Notes: generated from the letters alone by a model not told the origin. Positions 1 to 8,037 are shown, counted from the stretch's first letter. The stretch is 18,859 bases of DNA from Amoebophrya sp. A120 (GCA_905178155.1 CAJINV010000057.1:1-18859), one strand, 5' to 3'. Program-made: numbers and translations.

Positions 1-95
1 GGTCATGCAATACAGATTTTTTTTAGAGTCCAAAGTTAGCATCACAAGTTCCAACTTTCGAGGCCCAGATATTTTTGCATTTGATATCCACGTCC
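1..95 (+). repeat. Exact duplicate of 6408-6502 (right half of an introner plus flank)
   Basis: 95/95 identical by eye; both copies end at ..gatatccacgtcc just before a junction repeat. Confidence 0.93.
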
Positions 96-98
96 ACA

Positions 99-143
99 GA
101 AAACCGCGCGCGCGCGTCGCGTCGGTGGCCGGTAAGGAGTCCG
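99..143 (+). repeat. Junction repeat copy 1
   Basis: gaaaac(cg)6tcgcgtcggtggccggtaaggagtccg; core shared with six other copies. Confidence 0.95.
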
Positions 144-230
144 CTGATGCAATACAGCTTTTGCAGAAATACAAGGCAAGCATAACAAGTTCCAGTTTAC
201 CAAAGAACCCAGACACATTCGCATCGGATA
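144..230. mobile_element. Truncated family A introner (right end only)
   Basis: gcataacaagttcc...acccagacacattcgcatcggata resembles the family A right TIR; the left part is replaced by repeat copy 1. Confidence 0.65.
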
Positions 231-667
231 CGCATGTCATGGAGCTGAAAGCGTCGGAACGATACGCAGCTGCGCTGATTATCAAATGCAAAAATGTGTC
301 TGGGTCTTGAAGGAAGAAGCCATCTTTCATGCCGTTTCTGTCACTGCAAGGAGGTCTGTACCATGGAGTATTAAACAAGGGGCATGACAAACTCTGCGGA
401 GACTCCTGGACCCCTCTTCTGCACGACAACAACGCACACCCTTTGCAACCGCAGCCCATGCAGCACTGATTTTTGCCCGTTTCAGTTTCCACATCACAGG
501 TTTGCGTCCTTCCAGACACAGACGTGTTTGTAGTGTATACTGATGCAGAAGTACCAGCTGCAACTCTCCAGACCCACGGTACCGTGTCCCGAGTCCCGCC
601 GGCCAAGCTACGAAGGTTAGCAGAAGGAGAAGAAGCGCCAAAACTACGCGGGCAACGTCTGGGTAGT
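231..667 (+). pseudogene. Two-exon fragment of an unknown gene
   Basis: Removing 280-539 plus one ctgat gives HVMELKASERYAAALMQKYQLQLSRPTVPCPESRRPSYEG*QKEKKRQNYAGNVW with one internal TAG. The frame is chosen by protein-likeness; another + frame is also open. Confidence 0.45.
280..539. mobile_element. Introner/MITE family A, 260 bp, direct repeat ctgat
   Basis: Left tatcaaatgcaaaaatgtgtctgggtct; right ttccagacacagacgtgtttgtagtgtata; ctgat at 275-279 and 540-544. Confidence 0.85.
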
Positions 668-941
668 TATGCATCGCAAATACGTCTGGGTGGTCTGGAA
701 GATGAATAAAGGTTTGTCTTGTTGGTTTCCCCTCACTCTCAATTCTGTCATGCATGAGAAGCGAAAATAAAGCCTCATGCGTGTCACCAAAAGCGCGGGC
801 CTCCTTGCGGAAAACGCAGCATCATGTACGAACTAGCTGTAAACTTGTCATGCTTAGCTGCAAATTGCAGTACGCCAACCATTAATATTGCTGAAATAGC
901 ATAAGAAATTTCCAGACCACCCGACATGTTTGCAGTGGATA
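668..941. mobile_element. Introner/MITE family A, 274 bp
   Basis: Left tatgcatcgcaaatacgtctgggtggtctggaa pairs with right ttccagaccacccgacatgtttgcagtggata; direct repeat not conserved. Confidence 0.75.
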
Positions 942-1084
942 AGCTTTGCTGTATAGCAAGTGAGACTTTTTTTGTTGAATGTACTGCATTATGCACCAAG
1001 AACATGGCCTATTTTCGTTGTGTGAATGGTTTTGCTTGTATGCCCTCGTCCCTCATCTCACTCTCAACATACACCACAGCAACC

Positions 1085-1127
1085 TCGATATCAAGGATTT
1101 GCTTCGACATCAAGGATTTGCTTCGAC
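1085..1127 (+). repeat. 19-bp tandem duplication
   Basis: tcgatatcaaggatttgct tcgacatcaaggatttgct tcgac. Confidence 0.85.
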
Positions 1128-1398
1128 TTCCTCCACTTCGCCTTCGAGTTGTTCTACGTGCCTTTGTTACTGTATATGAAAAACAGCATCACAACTTCGA
1201 CGGACATTTGTCTTGCATAAAAATTGAAAACCATTGTTGATTTTCCTGGCCGCGAATTTTTTCATTTTCCAGTTGAAGAAAGGCGACTCATGAACTGCGC
1301 GAGGAACAGCAAAAGGGGAGAAATTATACAATGTCAATCTAGCTACTGTACACGACTGATGCACGAGAAAATGAATGCAAGACACGCAAAGAAGCTTT

Positions 1399-1456
1399 GC
1401 CGCTGCGACAAGGAAAACCGCGCGCGCGTCGTGTCGGTGGCCGGTAAGGAGTCCGT
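1399..1456 (+). repeat. Junction repeat copy 2
   Basis: gccgctgcgacaaggaaaac(cg)5tcgtgtcggtggccggtaaggagtccgt; left extension gccgctgcg shared with copy 7. Confidence 0.95.
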
Positions 1457-2785
1457 AAATCGTGAACCCAAATAAAACCCGTATCCGTAAACAAATCTTG
1501 GAACGTACCCCAGCCGCGTCGTTTGTCGAACTAGTTCCCGCGAACTCTGTAGCGCGACTGAGGTCTCGTTAAACAAATATATCCCGTGGTCTAAAAACAA
1601 ATCCCGTGTAACAAATCTTTCCCGTGTAGTGCTAGAAATAACGAAAGCGGCCTCCGGTTCTGGGACTGGTCTTGTCGGTTTCCAATCTATCCTGTTGCAG
1701 CATTTCCCCGTCCAAATCAATTTCGCGCGGTCGTACTCCATCAACACCCCACGTCGTGCGTGGTTCGTACATCTCCACTGTTTTCTACTTCGCCTGCGGT
1801 CCAGGTGAGTTCTCGTCTGTTGCTATAGACCCTATAGCAAGCCTTCTTTCTTCCTGTTCTGGTTGTTTTGCGGTTTCTTTGCGGCGGTCTTCCCTGCTTC
1901 TGCGGTGCGGCTTTTCCTTCAGCATTCTGCTCGGGGTCATAGTGGTGGGGTATCTAGCTAAAACGGTAAGGCTACGCGTTGCATCTGAGTCGAACTATGC
2001 CCAGGTTCTCCACCAATTGAAGGATCTAGTTTCGAAATGGAGAGGTTAATTCTCAACCGCAAGCATACCGAGATCATAATCGAACACCAACTAAAACTAG
2101 TTCAAATTCAATAGGTTCGCATTACAAATCCTTAATCCGCAGTCTAGTTTTTCCAGTTTCTTATGCTAAATTCGTATTCCTAACCTTGCCCATTGTGACC
2201 GTAGCCATGGCTCCGCTCCTTGAAAGTAGTAAGAAAGTCCAGTTTTTCATGCGGATCCAATGTAAATCAAACCTAATGTCTTTGCCTTCTTCTTCTTCTC
2301 TTTTCCTTTTCCTTTTTCTGTCGATCGTGGCAAGAATTTGCTTGCTTTTCCTTGGTTTTTGGTCTTTTTCTTGCTCGATCGATTTCGCTTCCTTTTTCTT
2401 ATCATCCTGTTCATTTTTGCAATTTGATCTATGAGAAATAGCGTTTCCAACCAGTTTTCATTTACCCAAACCGCCCCCAACGCTTTTTCTCATAGTCAAA
2501 ATCTAAAACCATAAATCTTACAGAAGCTTGATACAGAAACAGGCCGAAACTAAAAGTCTATATCCTACATGGAATTCTAAATCGTAAGTCCAAATCTGTA
2601 TAGCATAAATCCATAAACAACTTCCACAAGCTTCGTGCCCCAATCCTCATCACGTCATCTTCTCCCATTAGAGCATCGGTTTCCCATCGTAGCATCGTTT
2701 TCTCATCCACAACCAGTATCGCAATGTCGTCGGCAAGTCCAGAGTCGTATCGTAAGCACCAATTGAAGGATCCCATTTCCAAATG
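1457..2785 (-). pseudogene. Degenerate coding fragment with no visible introner, product unknown
   Basis: Protein-like minus-strand stretches (HLEMGSFNWCLRYDSGLADDIAILVVDEK, a K/E-rich run, LMEYDRAKLIWTGKCC) broken by stops and frameshifts; internal repeat at 2011-2039 and 2757-2785; bounded exactly by repeat copies 2 and 3. Confidence 0.5.
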
Positions 2786-2852
2786 AGGAAAACCGCGCGC
2801 GCGTGTCGCGTCGGTGGCCGGTAAGGAGTCCGTTGGTGCGTCGGGGGTGACA
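2786..2852 (+). repeat. Junction repeat copy 3
   Basis: aggaaaac(cg)5tgtcgcgtcggtggccggtaaggagtccgttggtgcgtcgggggtgaca. Confidence 0.95.
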
Positions 2853-3080
2853 ACGAGCCGAGAGACGCGCGACGAGAGAGTTACTGGCCGCGCGACGAGA
2901 GAGTTACTCGGCTGTCCCTGTTGTAGCCTAGTGCCGGCACTAGCATCTCCGTTTGTGGTCTGGCTGCGCACAATGTTTTGTTCGACAGTTGTTCCGTACA
3001 TGGCCTGGTAGTAGCCGCGCTCCACGACATTGTCATGCTGCTCCAGCAGCTTGACCACCGCGTCGATTCGCTCTTTGCGT

Positions 3081-3397
3081 TCTCAAACTGAAAACTTTAC
3101 ATCAAGCTGGCAGTGTGTCTTTCTACGGGTCTTCAAAGACAGCTAAGTAGACATGTCGAAAAGATTCATGTCAGCCTGACAGATGGAGCTTGTTGATTTC
3201 GTCTGTTCAAAGAAAAAAGGTTTCTCCACAATGGTTGGATTGTGGCCGAACTCAGCACACGGCAACGTGTCTAAGACGACTCTGCGCTATCTTGCAAAAA
3301 ATTGCGTTTCAAAGGAAATTTTTTTTTGTGGACGAAGATGCAGACAGATTTTATACCACGTCGCACCTGCCAGTACGATAAAGTTTTCAGTATGATA
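3081..3397. mobile_element. Introner/MITE family B, about 317 bp
   Basis: Left tctcaaactgaaaactttacatcaagctggcag; right end reverse-complemented tatcatactgaaaactttatcgtactggcag. Confidence 0.75.
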
Positions 3398-3517
3398 CGG
3401 TGTCTCGGATGGCTCCCACGATCTTCTGATACTGCTTCTGCAGCACCCGACGCCTGTTGACGACCACCTGTTCCGGAGCACCGACGACCTGCTCGCAGGC
3501 CTTTCGTGCCCCTTGTA

Positions 3518-3794
3518 TATGCATAAATGCAAATATGAGTGGGTCCGGAATAGGGTTCCAGCTTGTTATGCTGGTGCTGCCTTTGGATCCTACAAAAATC
3601 TGTAATGCGTGAGGAGCAACACCAGTCCAGTTTCTGCTACGCGGTTACGGTATTTCTCATGCGGTATGGGCATCAGGAGGCACCCACTAACTCTGTAATG
3701 CTACGCGGTGCATCACAGAAATCATGGATCATACAAAACCTGCATGACAAGTCTTGCAGCATTCTTCCAGCCCCAGACATTTTTGCAGTTGGTA
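3518..3794. mobile_element. Introner/MITE family A, 277 bp, direct repeat ttgta/ttgga
   Basis: Left tatgcataaatgcaaatatgagtgggtccggaa; right gcatgacaag..ttccagccccagacatttttgcagttggta; removal restores the minus-strand frame. Confidence 0.82.
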
Positions 3795-4130
3795 TTGGAA
3801 GAGGGCGAGCGACAACTTCAACTGGTCCCGGATGAGCCGCTGGGCTATTCTGTGTAAAAGCGTCCCCGTCCCAGAATTGTCATGCTAATCTGCAGGCTCA
3901 AAATGTTTGTCATGCGAAGCCCCATGAGAAGCATTTTGCAGTTGTGTTTTGGGATTTGTAATGCTCCAGTCAGCACGATGTACTAGATGCGTGATGCTGC
4001 TGAACTACCTCAAACAGGAGCACTACGCTTCGAGCCCAAAGTTGTCATGCAAAACAGCCAAAACTTGTGGACTTGTCTAGCCGATTCCCCATCTTGACTA
4101 GGGGGTGGTAAAGGAAAGGAGTTGTCGGTT

Positions 4131-4206
4131 GGCCGCAAGGAAAACCGCGCGCGCGTGTCGCGTCGGTGGCCGGTAAGGAGTCCGTTGTCGGTTATCCTGC
4201 ATTGCT
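4131..4206 (+). repeat. Junction repeat copy 4, including an extension shared with copy 5
   Basis: ggccgcaaggaaaac(cg)5tgtcgcgtcggtggccggtaaggagtccgttg followed by tcggttatcctgcattgct, which also follows copy 5. Confidence 0.95.
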
Positions 4207-4447
4207 GTCCAAGGTATCGGAGGACAGGGGGAGTCGGAGGCGTCATGCTGTCCAAGGTATTGTTGCTCATATCCAGCGAGCCTGCAGGGACGCCGCCGTC
4301 GTCAACGCTCGTGTTATTGCTCAACCCGACCAGGGACGAAGGCTGACGCGACAAATGAACATAGGAAAGGTCCAATTGTGGTGGCGGCGGCAGCTGTTGC
4401 GAAACGTCGGAAAATGCACTGCCCGCAGCCGCACCACATCCGCTTAA
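4207..4447 (-). pseudogene. Exon fragment, S/P/N-rich, product unknown
   Basis: Open minus frame ..SQQLPPPPQLDLSYVHLSRQPSSLVGLSNNTSVDDGGVPAGSLDMSNNTLDSMTPPTPPV, cut off at repeat copy 4. Confidence 0.45.
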
Positions 4448-4492
4448 TGGTGTTACCAGTTCGTGCAGACTCTGATTGTGGCCTGTAGGTTG

Positions 4493-4721
4493 TGTCGCAG
4501 CGAAAAAAATGTGCTTGCTAGTGTAGATCTTCCGTAATGCCGAAGAATGTAATTTTTAGGGAGCTGTATACTAAAGGGCACCCGCTACAGTCATCGTGCC
4601 GGGTTTAATACAGGAGCACGGACTTGTTCTATTTTACCACCTGCGCCAAATTGCAAGTGATGTTGGCGCTTTCCGGCGTCCAAAAGATTTACACTACACA
4701 CACTTGTTTTTCTCCTGCATA
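4493..4721. mobile_element. Degenerate introner family C (left boundary approximate)
   Basis: gaaaaaaatgtgcttgctagtgtagatctt pairs loosely with aagatttacactacacacacttgtttttctcctgcata; similar to the TIRs of 7506-7714. Confidence 0.55.
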
Positions 4722-4811
4722 TCATCTTCTGCTTCGATTATGGAGGACTCTTCGTGTGCGATTATGGATATGTTGGACAGGTCGAGATGGCTATCGTCAG
4801 CAGCAGCGGCC

Positions 4812-4908
4812 TGTCAAATGCAAATATGTCTGGGTCTGGAACGTTGCGAGACTTGTCATGCAGATTCTCTACGACCCATGTCGTCTGGAATGCAGCACCG
4901 AGCATGAC
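4812..4908. mobile_element. Truncated family A introner (left end only)
   Basis: tgtcaaatgcaaatatgtctgggtctggaacgttgcgagacttgtcatgc; ends in a fold-back and then repeat copy 5. Confidence 0.8.
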
Positions 4909-4929
4909 CGGTGCTGCATTCCAGACGAC
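4880..4929. repeat. Perfect 21-bp inverted repeat with 8-nt loop, abutting repeat copy 5
   Basis: gtcgtctggaatgcagcaccg-agcatgac-cggtgctgcattccagacgac. Confidence 0.95.
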
Positions 4930-4979
4930 CAAGGAAAACCGCGCGCGCGTCGCGTCGGTGGCCGGTAAGGAGTCCGTTG
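4930..4979 (+). repeat. Junction repeat copy 5
   Basis: caaggaaaac(cg)5tcgcgtcggtggccggtaaggagtccgttg, running directly into the kinase fragment. Confidence 0.95.
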
Positions 4980-5640
4980 TCGGTTATCCTGCATTGCTTC
5001 ACACAAATGGTTGCCGCGGTCCGCTTCATTCACGCACAGAAGATCGTGCACTTTGACCTGAATAAACCCGGCAACTTCGTACGCAATCCAAATGGATCGC
5101 ACAGAATAAGTCTTGTCTTATTGCAAGTAGAAGAACTGTTCTCAACTTTCAAAATGCAATTTGTCATGCTAGGTTGGCGACTTCTAGGTATAAAAATTAT
5201 ACATCGATTTGTCATGCATGGTTCTACTTGCAATGAGTAGCAGTGCGGTACTTTTGCGCAGCATACTTTCTGTTGTTCGACAATCGGACCAAGGTGAAGC
5301 TGTCCGACTTCGGGCTCGCCAGGGTGCTGGAACCGAACAAAACCCACATTAGCAGGCACGGCCACTGCGGGACGGTTCTGTACATGGCCCCGGAGGCCTT
5401 CCACCAGGGCGAGCAGTACGAGTCCAGTATGAAAATGCGGCCGGAAACGGATATTTGGTCGTTGGGGATAATCCTTTACGCGATGATCTACGGCAAACCG
5501 CCGCACGCGCACCTGTACACGCACCGGGGCGGGGCCAGTCGTGCCATGTTCTCCATCGTCGATCCCTGCATGGAGATCCAGTTTCCGGACCGCTACTCAA
5601 CCTACTACGCCAAAAGCCAGGAGTTTGCGTCGGGCGACGG
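4980..5640 (+). pseudogene. MPS1/TTK-like protein kinase C-lobe fragment (subdomains VIa-X), two exons
   Basis: QMVAAVRFIHAQKIVHFDL(N)KPGNF, then an intron, then LFDNRTKVKLSDFGLAR..GTVLYMAPEA..DIWSLGIILYAMIYGKPP..IVDPCMEIQFP. The KPxNF, YGK.P and I.DP..EI.FP motifs recall MPS1/TTK. No N-lobe, and an extra Asn codon sits in the catalytic loop. Confidence 0.85.
5080..5265. mobile_element. Degenerate introner within the kinase, 186 bp
   Basis: Left tacgcaatccaaatggatcgcac versus right reverse complement tatgctgcgcaaaagtaccgcac; flanks cttcg/ctttc; removal with one flank restores KPGNF-VLFD in frame. Confidence 0.7.
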
Positions 5641-5687
5641 GCTAGAGCTGGAGCAGAGGAAATTGGAGCACCTTAGCTGGAGCAGAG

Positions 5688-5931
5688 GAAGTAGAATGCA
5701 ACTTGTCATGCTAAATCTGAACCAGGCAAAAAACTGTGTTGCATGATTGCCAAAAGCTGTGCACTTTTGACCTAATCGAGAGGCAGTTTCTTATGCAGCT
5801 TAGGCATTAGAAAGGCCCCGCAGAATCTGTCATGCTATGTCATGCATACCAGAACCAGACCTCATGGGTCATGGAAAACCTGCATGACAAATCTCGCAAT
5901 CTTCCAGACCCAGACATTTTTGCAATGCATA
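5688..5931. mobile_element. Family A introner missing the outer left TIR
   Basis: Right TIR gcatgacaaatctcgcaatcttccagacccagacatttttgcaatgcata is intact; the left keeps only gaagtagaatgcaacttgtcatgc after a 16-bp duplication. Confidence 0.75.
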
Positions 5932-6223
5932 TCCCACAGAAAAGAACTACACGCTCGCACATGGCTTTACAGTAAAAGGAAACAAAAATTTGTATTGCGT
6001 TTTCTCCGTGGCTGGAAAACTTGAAAGAGATAGAATTAGGAAGTTTGTCATGCAAAAGTAGAAGGAACATCTATGCCATTATTTCCGGCTGCATGAGTAG
6101 ACACGGACAAAGGAGTACTAGATTTGTACTTGCTAGAAGTAGAGGGCCAGTACGCGGACCACGGCAACGAGGAGAACCGTCGGAGCTGTGCTGTTGCGAC
6201 CGTACTTTCCTGTTGGATTCCAC

Positions 6224-6493
6224 TATCAAATGCAAAAGTGTCTGGGTCTGGAAGAATGCAAGGCTTGTCATGCTTGGGTGGCATGACCCATGATGCTTGT
6301 AATGCATGACCCAGCTTCACAGATTTTTCATTTTTGGAACGCTTCCTGATGCCATTTCCGCATGACAAATGCCCTCCTCGCGTAGCACAAACGTGGCTCC
6401 TCTTGCTGGTCATGCAATACAGATTTTTTTTAGAGTCCAAAGTTAGCATCACAAGTTCCAACTTTCGAGGCCCAGATATTTTTGCATTTGATA
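6224..6493. mobile_element. Introner/MITE family A, 270 bp, direct repeat tccac
   Basis: tatcaaatgcaaaagtgtctgggtctggaag ... cccagatatttttgcatttgata; tccac at 6219-6223 and 6494-6498. Confidence 0.92.
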
Positions 6494-6503
6494 TCCACGT
6501 CCT

Positions 6504-6566
6504 GAAAACCGCGCGCGTGTCGCGTCGGTGGCCGGTAAGGAGTCCGTTGGTGCGTCGGGGGTGACA
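6504..6566 (+). repeat. Junction repeat copy 6
   Basis: gaaaac(cg)4tgtcgcgtcggtggccggtaaggagtccgttggtgcgtcgggggtgaca. Confidence 0.95.
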
Positions 6567-6956
6567 GCTAGATTTCTTCTAAGTGGTGTACTTGTCGCCG
6601 TAATCTTGTTTCTGTTACTCTAAAACAGCTAACTACCGTTGATATTTCTATATGTGACAATTATTGTTGAAAACTCGTTCTACGCTAAATTGAATCTCGC
6701 TCCAGGGTGGTGTGAACTCCGACGAGGACCAACCTCAACGTCTGAAACTGAATCAATTGTCGCTGTCACACTAGTAAACCGCTCTAGATTTGTACGTTTA
6801 CCGCGTATTGTAGTTCTTCTAATATCCTCTGTCACTGTGGTCAGTGAAGATCTGCTCCCACTCGTCTTCTAGAACTTCTGGCTAGAGCTAGGTATCTATC
6901 TGGACTCATCGCCCGCTCAGGTTCCGGCGGCGGCCGGGGACGGCAGAGTAAACCAT
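6567..6956 (-). pseudogene. 130-codon protein-like frame with 12 in-frame stops
   Basis: MVYSAVPGRRRNLSGR*VQIDT*L*PEVLEDEWEQIFTDHSDRGY*KNYNTR*..EFTPPWSEIQFSVERVFNNNCHI*KYQR*LAVLE*QKQDYGDKYTT*KKS; 7 TAG, 2 TAA, 3 TGA counted by hand. Coding status is judged only from composition. Confidence 0.45.
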
Positions 6957-7505
6957 CTTCAAGCCGTAAAATTCAGAACAACAGTGAAGCTCGATTCCAT
7001 GATGAGAGATGAAAAGGGGGTGATGAGATGAAGGAAGAGGACAGGCTGTCCCCCCTCGCCCGCGGCGTCGATACAAATACACTACATTTCATTTGAAGAA
7101 CCAAAATCGCATTTCCATCCACGATCTACTGCGCGCTAACATTTAGTATTTTACGGTGTACTAGTTCTAGTTGTTTTTCTCTTGTTCTACATGTCTTCAG
7201 TATCACGACGGTCGGAATGATCTGCAGAAATTCACGAGAGACAACTCCCGGGAACCGCAGCAGACCCAGCAAGCTGTGGACGAAGAACCAACACATCAGC
7301 TACAACACCGTCTTTACAAATCCACTTTTTCCACCAAGTCCCATTTCACCCGCCCACTTCCCGCGGGACTTACTGCCCACAATTCCACGCTGCTCAGGAA
7401 AAAATCGTACTCCCCACCCAGCAATTTCGTCCCGTACTCGCGCCGCAACCAGTCCCGCGCTTCGGCCTTGCGCCGCCAGGGAATGTTGTTTCCTGTAGTT
7501 CCACT

Positions 7506-7714
7506 TATCCAAGAAAAAAACGCTGTAGGTGTAACTTTTTTGGAGGAACAGCATTACAAATTTGCCTGGCATGACAGCAAAAACCTGTCATGCGCAGATA
7601 GTACGGGAAAACGCCCTTTCATGGACCCTACGATGCATGCCAAGCATGACAGACGCAATCATCTTGCATGTTGCGCATCAAAAATCTACACTAACAACGT
7701 TTTTTTCTTGGATA
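7506..7714. mobile_element. Introner/MITE family C, 209 bp, direct repeat ccact
   Basis: tatccaagaaaaaaacgctgtaggtgtaactttt versus right reverse complement tatccaagaaaaaaacgttgttagtgtagatttt; ccact at 7501-7505 and 7715-7719. Confidence 0.92.
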
Positions 7715-7748
7715 CCACTGCCCGTTGATGTACTACCGCCGTAGTCGT

Positions 7749-7958
7749 TATCAAATGTAAAAATGTCTGGGTCTGGAAGAATCCAACTTGTGATGCTGAT
7801 TTTGGATTCTAAAAAAATCTGTATCCCATGAGCAGCAAAGAGAGTCCAAGTTTTGCTATACGGAAAGAGCATTTGTCATGCGGTATAGGCATCAGGAAGC
7901 CCTCACAAAATGTGTGATGCTAGGGCATGCATCACAGACATCAGGAGTCATGCAAAAG
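7749..7958. mobile_element. Truncated family A introner (right TIR replaced by repeat copy 7)
   Basis: Left TIR tatcaaatgtaaaaatgtctgggtctggaag; interior matches about 3540-3740 (catgcggtat.ggcatcagga, gcatcacaga) and stops before the right TIR. Confidence 0.85.
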
Positions 7959-8037
7959 GCCGCTGCGGCCGCAAGGAAAACCGCGCGCGTGTCGCGTCGG
8001 TGGGCGGTAAGCACTCCGTTGGTGCGTCGGGGGTACA
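7959..8037 (+). repeat. Junction repeat copy 7 (longest, most diverged, last in window)
   Basis: gccgctgcggccgcaaggaaaac(cg)4tgtcgcgtcggtgggcggtaagcactccgttggtgcgtcgggggtaca; three substitutions and one deletion relative to copy 6. Confidence 0.93.

Larger units (their letters stand above)
2909..3845 (-). pseudogene. Three-exon fragment of an unknown helical protein gene
   Basis: Removing 3518-3794 joins QRLIRDQLKLSLALFQ to GARKACEQVVGAPEQVVVNRRRVLQKQYQKIVGAIRD in frame. The next exon RKERIDAVVKLLEQHDNVVERGYYQAMY follows 3081-3397, with an uncertain frame at that join. Confidence 0.6.

Noticed and set aside
4121-4193. gttgtcggtt as a 10-bp TSD making the repeat a simple mobile insertion
   Set aside because: Only copy 4 shows it, it overlaps the repeat core, and copy 5 has the same right flank without the left copy.
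6790-6880. WW domain in the stop-riddled frame (EWEQIFTDHSDRGY*KNYNT)
   Set aside because: Only superficial similarity; the second Trp-x-x-Pro motif is not at the expected spacing.
99-8037. Canonical CRISPR array
   Set aside because: Spacers are about 0.7-1.5 kb, repeat ends are ragged, there are no cas genes, and the context is eukaryotic with introns.
99-8037. Library adapter or linker artefact (copy 7 contains a NotI site)
   Set aside because: Copies differ by substitutions and (CG)n length and match no adapter I recognise; not fully excluded without reads.
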